Origin: Haliotis cracherodii
Taxonomy: Eukaryota
NCBI RefSeq assembly: GCF_022045235.1
Contig: NW_027266308.1
Location: 15,624,001-15,688,000, forward strand
Direction: 5' to 3'
DNA length: 64,000 nt
The first letter of the stretch is position 1, and each line of letters opens with the position of its first letter. Positions 10,238 through 25,369 of the stretch are shown in pieces. The translations under genes and the position numbers were made by a program. Under the pieces are notes generated by a model, which saw nothing but the letters and a program-made list of their open reading frames with translations, ran no database searches and had not been told where the DNA came from.

Positions 10238-13200
10238 ATGGATGGCACACACTGAGTGGCATGTCTTGAGTTGTGTGTACAGAAAAATATGCAGGACAGC
10301 CTTAGAAAATTAGTAGATTTGTCCAGATGTTGTTTTAAAGTTAGTCTAATTAAGGAATGATGGATAAACATTGTTGATTGGCTTAATCACGTTGTTTATT
10401 CAGTGATGGTTATGACCCTGAACGCTGCACATTAAAACACCTTCCTGTCTGCGGGCCGAGCTTGGATTGAGTAACTTCATGGGTTTTGCGTCCGGGTGTT
10501 AAACTGCGGGGCAAAAGACAGCATACCGAATATATTTTTTTTATAATTGAAAATTGAAAGAACTGTTAAATTTGATTATATCTATTTAACCGCCCTCCTT
10601 CTTGCAAAAGTTTGTAAAAATGTAATCTGCGGCTGGGTAATTTTGTATAAAAATAAATTGGTTCAATGAAGACTGGGTAAGAAATGAATTTGCAATCACA
10701 TGACCCCTTCCATGTTTGAAATGTTATAAGTTAGTGCAAATAGCAAATTGGTTGATTTTCATAGATAAAATGTATAAAATACACACCAGCAGTTGTATAT
10801 TATGCAAATTGTTTTTGTTTGTTTGTTTTTAAAAAAGTTTTAAATCAAATTATATTTTTAAAAATAGTACCATGCAAAAGTATGATTTGAGTGCTGCCTC
10901 AGCGCCGGTGCAGTTAAGTCTTTGGACATAATACTGCTGAAGTAAGATATTTTCCATTGAAAATCAACTGTATAATAAAATCAATTTAGAAGAATTGTTT
11001 CTTTTGCTCCTCACTTTAGTTTATTGCAAATACAACTTGGTAATATTCAATGAATGTGGACCTTGGCACAGACAGCAGGCGTTTAGTTTGTTGTCAATAC
11101 AATGAAACACATCTGTAACGTCACTTCAATGTTTAATCGATCCATTATTTTCCACAAAAGAACTACGTCGTTGTCAGTTATTAACGCCTACATTATGTTG
11201 AAACCATATTTCAATGAGGTAAACTTGGAATAGACGGAACTGTTTTTTTTATTTTGACACTCAAGTGACGGATTTCACAATTTGTCGGAAGACAAGTATC
11301 ACCCGTTGGGCTTTAACCCACATCATATATGATTTGTAGACGTGTAATAGTCAATCACGGCTACAGCGACACAATTGCGAACGGTTGTTAAAAAAATGAA
11401 ATGTATTAAAATAGCTATTATAATCCTGTAAAGCTTAGAAAATACATATTATATGTATAATGTTCTTACATTATTTTGCCTATAACGATACTCATTTTAA
11501 AGTAATTATATAAACCTTTGACGAGAAAAACTAAGAAACATACAAACAAATATATCCTTGTTAAGGGCTCTCGAAATTCTGTTTTCAAAACGTGCATTAA
11601 TAAATACCCGGTTATGACCCCACGAATTTGTAAAGAGCCTTGCACCAAGCATTGTAAAGATCAACTTTCGATGGAGCTTGGTGTACGTTCAAAAGCTGCT
11701 TCACGCACATACGATTCACGCAGTATGAGTACAAAACTATTTTCCACTAAAGAAGGTTTAGTAATAGTTAAAAATTAAGGATGTATTTCAAGTTTGAGAA
11801 TGTAGGAATCTGTTTCAATACTTGTGGTGTAAACCTGACTTGCCTTTGTATGTGTTTGTGATGGGTGCAACTTGTGAGGCAGGATACTCTCACTATTTTG
11901 AACACCTGGTGTCATACGTTATTGATAGTGATTCATAGACACATGCGTGTGATATAGTCGGAATTTTACAATGGACTCTGCTTGAAGAAGATATTTGTTA
12001 TGGTAATGAAAAAGAGTTTGTCGCTTATATCATCATATTGAAATGATATGCGTGAGTCCGAAAAACAATTCGACAGTTTCATTCTTGTCTATGAACTTGA
12101 CATCAAGCCGATACCATGTGAGGATTACAGAAATATCCCTTCCATTGTTACACATTCACCGCCAACACTCTGCCCAAAATCCGATATACTGATTGAAATT
12201 CAATATATTTGTTATTCGCCCTTCCATCCTAAATCAAATATGTTTTTCTTCTACTATTAAGCCAATAATAGCACTGTCCTTTAGCAGAGCTTTCTTATGA
12301 TCATGGAAAGAGTGTTATCGCTTTTAACTAATTCTAAACATATTATATTATACTCCGTAATTCAAGAAGACGGTGTTTCCGGACTAGCGACGTTCACTAT
12401 GTGTCTAGTGTATTTATATTGTATAAGGTGAGACTAAGATCTGCAACTTATCTGTCAGTAAATGTAATATAGTAACTAATGCATATAGTCAGTACAGAGT
12501 CGTTACAGTGGCCAACTGGCACATGACTACAGTACACGATGTATTTGAAATCCATTATGTGACGGGTGCCACCGGTAGGTCAGGATACGCTCACTTATTC
12601 GCAAACCCCTGTGTCATCACCATTGGATATTGATGCATAAGCACATGCTTCTAGTCCGAATCCCACAATTGACTCTGTTTTCAGTAGAGATCGCTGGTGA
12701 TTATGGCGATGTTTTTTTTTAATCGGAACAGCGTGAAACTAACTCTCCAGTTGATAATCTACAGCGAAACCTTGTTACTTCGAGAACTATCGAACATTCA
12801 TCGTGTTGCCGTAGTTCCTGACAAACATGTGACGATGTAAGACGATGTTTTCAATAAAGAATGATTTTGACGGGATCGTCTTAAACGATATATGGGTCAA
12901 AATTATTTGTAATAAACAAGGTTTCACTGTGCATTAAAATTCGTCATCACTAAAAAGTCATAAGATGACAAAAGTAAATTTGAAACTCATAATATTTATT
13001 AAAATTCAACAAGAACAAATGACAATAACAAAACATACAAAACAATGCACTTTTGTGATTAAAATCTGTTTGGGATGCATCTTTATATTATATTCGACAT
13101 GAATAAGTTATCACGAATATCACAGTTCCTTCTCAGGCTATCACAGCTGAAATATATCACAGATAAAATCGATAAAGGCACGAGCTCAGAAGTAAAACAC

Positions 13201-13361
13201 TTCTTATAGCACTGAGGATATCAGCTGCAAGCAGTATCACAGTTTGCACAGGCATCCACACAGAAAATGTCATTTGCCGCTCATGTGTTTTCCATTTGTC
13301 CCTTTGTCACTTTGCATTGAATGGAAACTGAATTCACCTATAATTGTTGACTCGCGAACAG

Positions 13362-14157
13362 TTAATAATTTGAAAATGAGCCACTTTTGCGTCTGAATAT
13401 CTTCTTGATAATGTTTGTGTTCTTTTTCCTGAACTTGAGAGCGGAGAAGACGACATGCTGAAAGACCTCCTTCAAACCCTTGTGGTCGCGAGCGGAGCAC
13501 TCCACATAGCAGTCAGCACCAATGTCCTTGGCCAACTGGAAACCCTCGTCCGTGGAGACCTCGCTGTCTGCAGTCCCGACTCGGAGGTCTATCTTGGTGC
13601 CCACGAGGATGACCGGTCTCTTCTGTTTGGTGTGTTTGGAGTGTCTCTTCAGTTCAGGCATCCACACGTCATTGATGCTGGCCAACGTTTCCCGGTCACA
13701 GGTGGAGAAACAGAGGACCAGGACTTCACTTTCCCGATAGGAGAATGCTCTTAGACTCTCAAAACGTTTCTGGAAAGGGAAAGAAGGAACCATAAGTACT
13801 TTGTAATGTAGAACAATGCAGAAAAAATGTAAGTCTTAATCAAAACAAGAAAATATCCAAATTAGTAGATATCGGTAACCATTGATTAAATGTGATGTCT
13901 CATCCCGTTACATGTACACTGATATGGATCTTGCTACATACCTCGGCTGAGTTGTCGAACATGCTGATAACAAACTCCTCTCCGGCAACTTGCAGTGGAA
14001 CGACATAGTTGTCAAACACTGTGGCTTCATAATTCTCCTTGAAGGACTTCTCAGCATAGCTCTCGGAGATGCTGGTCTTTCCGACCATCCCATCTCCCAT
14101 GATGGCACAGTACACGAATTTCTTATCGAGATTCTTCATAGTATTTCCTCCCTTCAT
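13362..14157 (-). CDS. Atypical Rho-family GTPase paralogue B, 207 aa, 2 exons
   Basis: Exon1 14157-13942, intron 13941-13770 (172 nt, GT..AG), exon2 13769-13362. G3 DNSAE, G4 TKID; ends RRKSGSFSNY. AATAAA at 13000-12995. Tandem paralogue of A with alignable UTRs and promoter. Confidence 0.93.
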
Positions 14158-14215
14158 CGTGAGTTGTTAGTTTGCAAAGCTCGGATCGATTGTACTGTCG
14201 CGAAGTGATGTCTTG

Positions 14216-14238
14216 TTATATACTCTGATTCTACCAAT
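14216..14238 (-). promoter_or_regulatory. Core promoter of gene B (ATTGG-N11-TATATAA)
   Basis: ATTGG 14238-14234 and TATATAA 14222-14216, identical to gene A. Confidence 0.7.
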
Positions 14239-14899
14239 CAGAAGCTAGAACCAGATGCTCCCGGGCTAGACGGCATATGTTGAGTGGCATGTCTTGAGTT
14301 GTTGATAGAGAGAGAAATGCGGGACAGCCTTAGAAAATTAGTGGATTGTCCCTCCTTCACGCTCAGTTAATCTTGTTGTTTTAAGGTCAGTCTTATTAGA
14401 GGAGTGGTAGATAAACATTAGTGATTGTCTAAATCACGTTGTGTACTCAGCGATACGTTTGTTGACGGGCCATTGTTAATTCCTAATATATCTGACCACT
14501 AACCTTCCTTCACATATGGACGCCCTTGTAAAACGGAACCATGAGACATTATGACATTATGTGATACAGACATATTTATTCAGCACCATCAAGAAGAAAA
14601 ATAAAAATAGAAAAAAGGTAACCCTCGTGTATCCGCACCCATACTCACATGCATACATCCGCACCCTTCGACTCATTCCCCACCATACCCCAATATCCGT
14701 CTCACTATATCCAAGCCAGCCCTCATGTATCCATACTTTTGCTCACATGCAAACACTCCCCTCCCACCACTCCCGCAATAGAAAGAGCGGCGGCTAGAGA
14801 TTTTACAAGCGCGCCGGAACGAATTAAGCTCAACTGGTCAACAGGTGATGATTGCATAAAATTACAATAAACTTCAGTCACAGATTTCCATATGGACCA

Positions 14900-15078
14900 T
14901 ACAATCCAGTGACTGACATCATGAGCATCAATCTATGCAATTGGGACACGACGACGTGCATCAACCAAGTCGAGTCTGACCACTTGATCCCGTTAGTCGC
15001 CTCTTACGACAAGCATAGTCACTTCTTACGACAACCATAGGTTGCTGAAGACCTCTTTTAACCCGGATCTTCACGGGT
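14900..15078 (-). mobile_element. SINE family S1 (3' end missing)
   Basis: Reverse complement of the S1 consensus (acaatccagtga..gatcccgttagtcgcctcttacgacaagcat..ggatcttcacgggt). Confidence 0.75.
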
Positions 15079-16735
15079 ACATACATGTATAGCCCATATG
15101 GGCCTATGGGACCTAGATGTCTCTGTAGTTGTGTCTGTGAATGTGAATGTGTATAGTGCGTACTTAAGGCTCCACACAGCGAGTAGTTTTAAACTCTTAT
15201 TTCCAAAGCATATTTACTAAGCCTCTTTCATCCCACATTTCGTCGATAGTCGTAATTAATTTATCAATTTTAAGTTTATTTCTAACAATTTGATAACAAT
15301 ATTCTCTCAAGATTTACAATAGAACATAGAAACTATTATGTGTTACAGCCCATTTTACCGACTAACTTTATTTGGTTCAGCAACTTAATAATGGCAACAT
15401 TATAGACTTATATGGCTTTACACATTGTACCCATTGTACCAATTGAGGAGCAGCATACTACAAGGCTACCCCACCAGCCCATTCAATGCATAACTCTACA
15501 ATAAAACATGTATTTCTATGCCATCTTTTATGTGTCGCCAATAATCTGTAAAAGTAAGAAAGGTTCAGAGTTTGTGCTTTTGTCTGTCACTGAAACAACG
15601 GAAGTTGGCCTACCTTCCATACAAGAACATAGTCAACTTCCTCACATTAAAAGAGACATCGCATCAACTTTTTCGAGGATGTGGTTCCAGGCTACAAAGG
15701 TTATATGCAAATACAAACAGTCATCTTCTGAGAACCACCAGTCTCGACCATGCGCCGAATCAGACCCCGTTTGTCGCTATAGCCAAAATAGCGGGGAAAA
15801 CTGCCTGAATGAATAATTGAAAACCAGACATGACACCATGGGTCCGCGAACAGGGTAAACGTGTCCTGCCCTACCCATTTAGCTCCCGCCACTCACACAA
15901 TTTGCAAAATAAATAAGTGTTTGTTTCCTGACGCCGGACAGCTGTACCCCTGTCATGTGAATGCAGCCTGTGAACAAACAAGACAATCAAATGGTAGACT
16001 AGAAAATCCTGCTTTACGAAAGCATACTCAGAGCACTCAAGTTATATCACGAATTTGAGTTGTTTGAAAGGCATTACTTAAAGGTTGACGGATTTGCATA
16101 TGATTGTAAGATTGGACACGTTTTGAACGACCCTCATCCTCATCATACAACACATATCAAGTATATGACCATGTTTATGATATGCCATTTCCATAAATAT
16201 AAAAGCGACAAAACGCTTTCAATTAACACAAGAGTCCATTGTACGATTCCGACTATATCCTAAGCATGTATTTATATTTACGAATCACCATCAAATACTG
16301 ATGAAACCAGGTGTTATCAAAATGGTGAGTGTATCCTGTGAAGAACGGCATTTGAATTGGTAGATTAACTTTAAAACTACATTATTTCAAGCGTTCGAAA
16401 ATGAACAGTTGTTGTTTTCTAGGATACAGACAAATCGGAATAGCAAATTATTTTTGATAGTATCTTTCTGATCAAATGACCTATTTTGTCTGGCATTATA
16501 TGTCAGTATTAACAGTTGTAACAGGAAACACTAATTAACAGACGCCATGCGATAAGAGCTCACGTTTTGCGAAGCAATGTGTCTTTGACAATGAATCATT
16601 AATCATTTTTTTGTATTACGTGTTACCACAAAAAACTGCAATAAACAATAGTTTATGGGAATGATAATTGATAACGACAGAAAACAAATTATCCCGACAC
16701 GTGAGGATGCGAGAGTCGATGTACCCTTGTCTGAG

Positions 16736-17085
16736 GTGAGGTGAAATTGCGTTTAACGTCGCGTCCAAGATTATTACACTTATATAGCGACGTGCATGTA
16801 CGTGTATGCGTTTGTGTGGCTGCTTGTACTAGTCCGGACTGATGCCGATTTATAGTGCTAGCTCACTGAGATACCATGCCGCAGTTTAACATGGATACCC
16901 AACTCAGACACAGTATACTGACTCCGAGCCGACCAGTCCTTGTTTTAGCCACTTAATGCCGAGCGCCAGACAGGATAACAACAAGTACCATCTTTTAACG
17001 TCTTTTGGTAAGACGCGGCAGGGGATCGAACCCCGGACCTTCCGCTCTCCGGGCGGACGCTCTACCACTAAACCACGGAGGCGGT
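16736..17085 (-). mobile_element. Full-length tRNA-derived SINE, family S3, with TSD
   Basis: 12-bp TSD CCCTTGTCTGAG at 16724-16735 and 17086-17097. Head has A-box TGGTTTAGTGG and B-box GGTTCGATCC; tail ..gcgacgttaaacgc.. Confidence 0.9.
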
Positions 17086-17229
17086 CCCTTGTCTGAGCAA
17101 AGACTGAGATCTCGTGTCATTATCCGGTGTAAGTGGAGCAGGATATCAGACGGGTGTACGTATGTCATCCGCACACTTTCGCGATGTTTTATCTTATTTC
17201 CAAATTTTTGATTTAAACATAAGTTATTC

Positions 17230-17940
17230 ACAAAAAATGAATGGGATTTGGTACAAGTTATCCAACTTAGGACACCTTCTCCCAAATGTATAGACAATTG
17301 GTTTACAATTTGTACTAAATATGAACGGAACAGAACGAAAGAAAGGAATAGGAAAGATAAGTGAACAGTGGGAAAAATATAGTTTACATAAATCTCTTAA
17401 TATAACGTATATAACTCTCTAATAATTGAAAATGTCTATGTTATCTTGCTCTGGTAAATCCCCCATGTCCATTGAATATCAAATTGAGATCAGTTGGTGT
17501 ATCTTCGGCTATGCTGCTTATGTTTCTATGTAAAATGGCTCTTTCTTCATTAAACAAGTCACATTCAAAGAAAATGTAAAAGCATTTTCAAATTTACTAC
17601 CACATAAACATTCTGCTGTGTCTTAAGTTCCTAGTCTACGTAAATCATTATTTAACTGACTAACCTTATGTCTTAGCTTTGTGTGTATAATATTATGTTT
17701 CTATGTCCAAAGGAGAAGTGCGGTGGGGCCTTGGGCTGATTTTGACTTATAAGTGTCTGAAAATGTTGAGTTGAACTACAAGTTCTTCCATTTAATGGAA
17801 TGTCATTCCACAGATAGTAGATGTGGAAAAATCATGTGAGGGTTTTAGTCTCGTGAGGGGAATTTGGATATTTTCCGAATCACATAGGGAATATGTATTT
17901 TGGGAAGAGACCGAATTGGGTAAACTATTCTTCAAGTAAC
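17230..17940 (-). mobile_element. 3' fragment of a CR1/L2-like LINE
   Basis: Minus-strand translation near 17540-17620 gives frameshifted C-terminal Cys/His motif pieces ..AECLCGSKFENAF / HFLFECDLFNEER.. Confidence 0.55.
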
Positions 17941-19059
17941 GTCGTTACATATGTTCTGATTTTGAGTTTTAGTAAAAAGTAGGTTTTATACTGCCCAGCC
18001 CAGGATTGATTTTTACTACTGCCAAGACCTGCAAGAATATACTCTTCAAAAATGACACGCAATACGGATATGTTTGGCCATAAAAGCAAAATAAGCGGAC
18101 CAAGAGGTGCAAAAAGAAGAGGCTTAATGTGTTATAGTGTCAGTGACAAATTTCCCGGATCAAAATGATCACAACAAGGACATGCAAACCATTCGTCGGG
18201 AAACACGTACGATTCGGAAAAAAACGCATCCAGTGCATTAAGAAAAGGGCCATGGAGCTGCACGTACTGCACGTGCAGCAGCACTATGAACGGTATTAAA
18301 GATCAGGGTTTTTGATTGCCTGGCATCTGCGTCAATCGAACAGTGACAGTTCAACAACATGCCAATATTTACAGAAGTGCAAAGAAACATCGTTATAGGC
18401 CGCTTGCAGGCAGGGTAATCCCGATCGGCTGTAGCCAGGGTTTTCAGTGACAGCGCCCAGCACTATTACAGGGCTATGGGATCGGTTTCAACCGCATTGG
18501 TCAACGCGTGATCGGCCAAGGTCGGGACGACCATGTGTAACCACTCCCGTCTAAGATCGCAACATCCGACTGCGCTACCTACGTGAAAGGACGACCACAG
18601 CCACCTCAACCGCATCCAATACTCGGATTTCGGACTTCGCAGAATCTCCGACCAGACAGCACGTAACCGTTTAAGAGCAGCAGTTCTACGACCAACACGT
18701 CCTGTTCGACGCGTCATATTGAGTCGACAACATCCAACAACGACTGTATTGGTCAACACAGGGTATGGCCTCAACTGCGATGGAAGGGATATCAATGTGG
18801 CAATATGGCGGACCGAGCAAGTCGGGTGTTGCAATAGCTCCGTGTGTTGTTTAAAATAGCTGAATAATCTGGACAGTGACTAGACTATATATACAATGTA
18901 GCACAATGGGAATATGTACGGAACAGTTTCGGGTGAAAATCGGGTGATTTGTACCTGTTCAGTGGTGGATTTTGAACAAAATGTGTAGCAGGGCATTGGC
19001 GTCCCGAATACCTCGTAAACATGCAATGACGAACATGGTGTTGAACTTGTGATGTTATT

Positions 19060-22000
19060 GTTTGTGCTGGTGTCGAATTAAATCCAGGACCAATTGATAA
19101 GCCATGTGAGGATCAACGTATGCTTCGGAGCTGCAGTGGTGTCAGCAAACAAATCCTTTTGACTGATCCAAAACAAAGCAAAAGTGACCCAGTTTTCGAG
19201 GCCATTCAAGGACTGACTGCTAAAATGGACTACATCATGGAATCCAACAAGGCCCTTCACAGTAAGTTGGACAATGTTAATGCATCTATTGAGAGCCTTA
19301 CAGATCAGTTGTGTATTGTGGAAGAGAGATGTGAACTTTTGGAGTCGGAAAATAAGGGTATAGAGTACTTAGACAAAAGCTTGTCTGCTGTGTTATATGA
19401 ACATCCAGACTGCTAAATTATTCTTCCTGATGACTATAATGCACGGTGTGGTAATTTGAAAGATTTTATTATCGACGACAACATCAGATTTATTACATGT
19501 TTAGAAGACATGGAGTATGTATCGGACGTATTTGACGTGCACCGCAGTACCAGAGATGATGTGTGTGATGAATACGGGAGGATCTAGTAGACTTTTGTTG
19601 TACGTTTTCTGTCCATATTGTAAATGGACGATTTGCTGGGGATAAGGAAGGATCATATACTTGTTTTAAGGAGGGTGTCGCTAGTTTGGTTGATTATGTA
19701 CTTGTTTATTTGACAACATTTCCGACTTAATCATACATACTCGCTGTGAATCAGATCATTTTTGCTATCTTACTTACCCTACATGGATGTGATAGACAGG
19801 TCGACAATGTTGTTGAAATGCATGTAAATAATATTCCTAGATATACATGGAGAAATGGAATATGTGATGCCTATAATCATATGTTTCTGAGTCATTGTCT
19901 GCACTTCACATGGATGAGTTTATGCATTTATTGTCTTTAATGTTGATTTAGCTGTTGAAGCTTTGACCAATGCAGTACATAATGGTTCTATTTCATGCGG
20001 ATTACTTTCTAGAGCTAGAAAGTCGAAACGTAAATCTGGAGAAAAATGGTACGATAAAGACTGTGAGGATATGAAGGCTAAAAAGATTAGATAAGTTTAG
20101 AGTTACTGTTGATAAAGATGATTCTTTCTAAATATTCTACATTAAGAAATAGTTACAGGTCTTTATGCAGGAAGAAAAGATTAGAATACGAAGAGACTTC
20201 TGTTCTTGAACGTTTAGACAGTAGTGGAGATAGTAAAACATTCTGGAAAAAAGATAATTGCATTGACAAAGAAGACAAGTTGTAGTCAAGATTTGCCAAG
20301 AAGGTTGGTTTGATTATTTTAAGAATATTTTAAACCATACTGATATACTCGTGGACTCGGATATTATTGAGCATGTAGATGATGTTATAAATAATCATAA
20401 TGAACAATTGTGTGATTTCTGTTCTGATGATGATGTAAATAATATTCTTAATGGTGATATTACACAGGAAGAGATCGAATCATCCATAAGAGATCTGAAG
20501 CAGGGTAAGGCTGCGGGACCAGATGGTATTAAGGCTGAGATGATCAAATGTTGCAGTACTGTTTTAATTCCATATTTGTTAGTTATGTATAATAATATTT
20601 TGTCAACGGGTAATTTTCCATCCGAATGGGCTAAGAGTGTTATTGTACCACTCCATAAAAAAAGAAGCTTTGACTGTGTCAACAATTATAGAGGCATATC
20701 TTTGATGGATATATTTGGGAAGTTATTCTCCTCTATTCAAAATGCGCGTTTTAAACGGTTTGTTTCTGATCACTCTAACGGTATACCTGATCCCCAGGCA
20801 GGATTTAGGAAAGGTTATTGCACAACGGATAATATTTTCACTCTGCAATGTCTTGTACAAAAGTATTTATCTAAAAGTGGCGGACGTCTTTACTGTATTT
20901 ATGTTGACTTTAAGAAAGCATTTGATTCTGTTAATAGGAAATTACTATGGTATTCAGTAATGAATAAAGGCGTTCATGGTAAATTAATCTCTGTACTGAG
21001 AAATATGTATTCGAATATAAAAGCAGCTGTAAGAGTATCCAACACTACTATTACTGATTATTTTGAAAGTTTTAGTGGAGTCAGACAAAGTTGTGTTATC
21101 AGCCCGTTTTTATTTGCAATGTTTATTTCAGAATTTCAATCCATGATGAAAGATGCAGATGTAAGAAGTATATTTATAGGTGTAGAATATTTGGAACTAC
21201 AATTATTATTGTATGCTGATGATTTATGTATTTTTGATGACAGTGTTATTGGTTTGCAAAGAAAGATTGACATTTTATGTAAATATTGTAAATCATGGGG
21301 CTTACAGATAAATATGGATAAGACAGAAATATTAGTTTTTCGAATTGGTGGTTATTTACGACATTATGAGAAGTGGTATTTTGATGGCGAGCTGGTAAAG
21401 ACAGCAACTTATCATAATCATTTAGGTATTATGTTTTCTACCAGGTTGTCATGGACAGTGTGTAAAAATACTCTTGTTTCAAAAGCCAGTAAAGCTCTAT
21501 TTGTTATTAAACAATTACAGCATAAATACCCAAATATTCCTGTAAATATCTTATTTAAGTTGTTTGATTGTAAAATAAAACCTATATTTGTATATGGGGC
21601 GGAGGTGTGAGGCTTCCATGAAAGAGCTGTTATTGAAAGATTTCATAATAAATTTTGTAAATATGTATAGGGTGTTGGTAAACATGTACCGAGTAGTGCA
21701 GCTTTAGCCGACTGCGGTAGACACGGACTTTATATAGATTACTACCAAAAATGTGTAAAGTACCAGTGTAAATTGTTAAGAATGTCAGATGTTCGTTATC
21801 TCAAACAATGTTACCTACTTATTAAGAAGTTAGATTCAGCAGGAAGGAAGACATGGGCATCCTGTGTAAGATTGTTGTTATACTCTATGGTTTTTTATAT
21901 GCATGGGTTAGTCAAGATATTGGAGATATTCCATATTTTCTGTCGATGTTCAGACAGAGATTAGAAGATTGTGGAAAACAAAACATTTTTTAGTATTATC

Positions 22001-22500
22001 AGTGATTCAAATCCACTTGCACATTATAAGAATATTGAGTCTTTGCTGACTGTTGAATATTATGTTATAAACATCAATGTCAGGGAATTAAGAAGATATA
22101 TGTGTTAGTTGAGATTGCATGAACTGCCGTTGCGTTGTAATATCAGATGTAAAGAAGCTATAACTGTTAACCGAATTTGTAGGATGTCTAATACTAATAG
22201 CATTGAAGGTGAACTCCATTTCATATTTGATTGCGAGGCATATGTATTGTTGAGAAATAAGTACATACTGATGTGGCATATTTCATCAAACATTTGTAAA
22301 TTTCGTAAATTACTGACTTCTAATGATGTGTCAATCCTTAACAAATGTGCTGAGTTCGTTAAAGAAGCTCTGAAATGTAAATATGCACTTGATAATAGGT
22401 ATTTTGTGTCATCTACCACCTAATTGCCATATATGTATTATTGTTGTATCAACTGTGTACATGGGCCGATGGCCTACAAAACAGAACATGAACTTCTATC
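19060..22500 (+). mobile_element. Degenerate non-LTR retrotransposon (endonuclease + RT; CR1/L2/RTE-X-like)
   Basis: Coiled-coil ORF1 remnant 19120-19370 and endonuclease remnants (DYNARCG, LVDYVLV, SDHF). RT ORF 20351-21610. C-terminal EGELHFIFDCEAY motif around 22200. Many stops and frameshifts. Confidence 0.88.
20351..21610 (+). pseudogene. LINE reverse transcriptase domain (419-aa open stretch)
   Basis: GKAAGPDGI, EWAKSVIVPLHKK, NNYRGISL, QAGFRKG, VDFKKAFDSV, GVRQSCVISP, LYADD. Ends at an in-frame TGA where W is expected (YGAEV*G). Confidence 0.92.
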
Positions 22501-22774
22501 TATGAAGGGATATCCGTCGAAGGGATATGATATGATCTGGTTTTATACTAAGATATTTGTAAAGAGTTTATTCCCCATGTATTAAATATGTAACGAAGTT
22601 ACACTTAAATACATTATCTGCCTGTCTGTTGGCCGCGACATATCACGAAGTTAAACTCGTGTGATTAGCTCGCTATATACTCATTCTTAGCTGCTTATGT
22701 GTTCGTGATACATCGTGAGAGATCGTGGTTTGTTTTACGATGTCGGAGATATTATGGATATGTTCTCCAGTAAT

Positions 22775-22950
22775 CGTGTTACACCCTGGCCTGCTCGTGT
22801 TACACCCTGGCCTACTCGTGTTACAACCTGGCCTACTCGTGTTACACCCTGGCCTACTCGTGTTACAACCTGGCCTACTCGTGTTACAACCTGGCCTACT
22901 CGTGTTACACCCTGGCCTGCTCGTGTTACACCCTGGCCTCTCGTGTTATA
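22775..22950. repeat. 21-bp minisatellite, about 8 copies
   Basis: Unit CTCGTGTTACAMCCTGGCCTR; it generates the repetitive ORFs at 22715-22988. Confidence 0.9.
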
Positions 22951-25369
22951 CCCGTGTTGTGCTCGGTATTGTTCGTAGTACGTGTTGAAGACGAGCTTGT
23001 CGCGAGTGCACTACGATATGGTCACGCGCGGGAGACGCAAGATTATCACGAGTGTAAATGTTGGTCGCGCCCCCCGCCAGCAATAAGTTTACAGCGAGTT
23101 GAATATCAGTTTGCATCAAGTTTCCTATTTTCAGTGTTTTCAGTATGCCAGGCTTGAAGTAGCCTCGGGACAGGACAGCGGCTGCGGAGGAATCCCAGGA
23201 CGGTTGAGGAGGAGAGAGAGTGGTCACCGTCACCAATACAGAGCCAGGTCCAGGCCAAGGATAAGCCCCAACCCCAGTTCGGAGAGATCACCCACAATCA
23301 CAACCACAAGGCCGAGGACCAGCCACAGTCCCAGCCACCCCTGGTTGCGGATTTTTGGCGTGTTAACATCATGACATGATCATGATTAGAGATCGTATTA
23401 ATGTCGCTGTAACATAGGAATTAACTCGTGCTCAACACGTACGAAACTAGTCTATATTGTGCCAACATCGGTATTTCGTTGTGACAGCGCACTGACATCT
23501 TACTAAACTCGTGTTATATTCGCTGTAAGCTCGTGATGTGCACGTACTACATTGTGGGATTGTATACCCAGTACGATTTCAAACATCGTCATATATCGTG
23601 GTCAACATCGCGGAAGTGGGCGGATAGCCTATTTAGTCGGTGGTACAAGTACACAAGGTCTCGATCACGACACATGAAGGCCGCTGCGATTAACTACAAG
23701 AAATAACCGATTAATCACAATCACATCTCTTGCAACTCACGTTTCAAGCCATACACACCTCTGGAGGACCTGCTGGGTAAACATGTCACTTGTAAAAGAG
23801 GTTAACCTTGGCGATATTCACTGCCACAAAAATGTGACCTATAAAAAGCGCATAGAAATGCGTCTGTTCTTTTTAAATCAATAGTAGAGAAGCATGTCAT
23901 GGTTGCGTTTGACGCACGGGTCTTGTTTTTCATGCCAGGTGATATATCAGAGAAGTGAATAGTTCCTCTGTGTCTTATATCACATTGCCTCGAAGAGAAA
24001 ATAAAAACGTAAATTTTCACTCCATAAAACGCAGGGACGCTTCACCACCCCTTGAAATTGCGACTTAATAAGTAGTTTCGAGTTACCAAAAGTAATACAA
24101 AATATTTGAGGTCACTAAAATTCTTATTACACATTTGGATATGACTATATACAAAATATACTTAAACCAAAAATATTCTTCAAGGCTACGAGACCGCTGT
24201 TGGAAGCATGCAGCGAAACACGCATGGATACATGCTGGTCACGTAACTGATATGTCGCTTTGCGAAACGATTGACGAGTTAAATGAGAAACTTAGATTTT
24301 TCGGATCAATCATAACGAAACGACAAGAAGGGAGAGAATTTGCGGGGAGGTAACTCGTATATGACAATAGTTTCGTCGAAGTATTATGTTCACTGCAGTG
24401 AAATATCAAGTGTTATGTTTGCGGCAATGAAAATATCCCTTTTCTCAAATTCAGAAAACTCAGTCGTTCACACTGAAGTATATAATAAATGTCTTAGTTA
24501 CATTCGCCGGTGATAGTGTAGAATATAATTGAACGTAACACGAATGTATAAATAAAAAAGCCAATTGCCTTTTTTGGCAGCTTGCATGCTTTACGTAGTA
24601 CATAGTTATAAGTAACAAAACAGTTTCATATTGACAGGCAACTCTAAATAGTGGATAATGTACATTCTACTCCTGGGGCGCATTTTATGTTACTGAGATG
24701 AGTCCAAGGTATCCAAGGTAATTGAAAATAATAGTTAGAATAGATTTTAAAATATTTGAGAACTATATATTTTAATATTCAACACGCTTTCCGTTTATGT
24801 TGAACCGTCAAAACACATAAACAGAGTTCAAAAAAATATACAAATATGTTATCAGTTTGAACGAAGCAAGCAGCTGTCGATGACTCAAGTCGCGTGTGCA
24901 CCAGCAGACAATTCTTTGAAGGGAATCTGATTAAACTGCTGTATTTTCACCACTACATCGCGACGAGAGAGGTTATACTCTACATTGATCCTTGGTCGGC
25001 TTCTCTTCCCAAATCCTAGATTCGGATTCTAATTCTACTTGAGTTTCGCTTGCTAGTGAAAGCAGAAAAGAATCAAGAGAACGGTGAAAACAATATATCT
25101 CCTCAATTTGTTACTGCGGTGTGTCAGTTCTATCTGAAGTATTTTTGAACTATGATTCATATCTAGATGGCAGATGTACAGAATACTCAAAATGTTGTAT
25201 TTGATGTTTTTAAATTTTACTTAACAGGTTAACAATAAATCTGGCCAAATTTCTTTTGTCCATAACTGCGTTGAGTCATTTATATATTTTAAACAGATTT
25301 GTCCAGATGACAAAATAAATTCGGAATTAAATCGATTCTTTGAAAAAGAACTTCGCATCAAAAGCTATA

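Noticed and set aside
18466-18834. 122-aa minus-strand ORF
   Set aside because: No recognisable motif; lies in GC-richer, probably TE-derived sequence upstream of the LINE.
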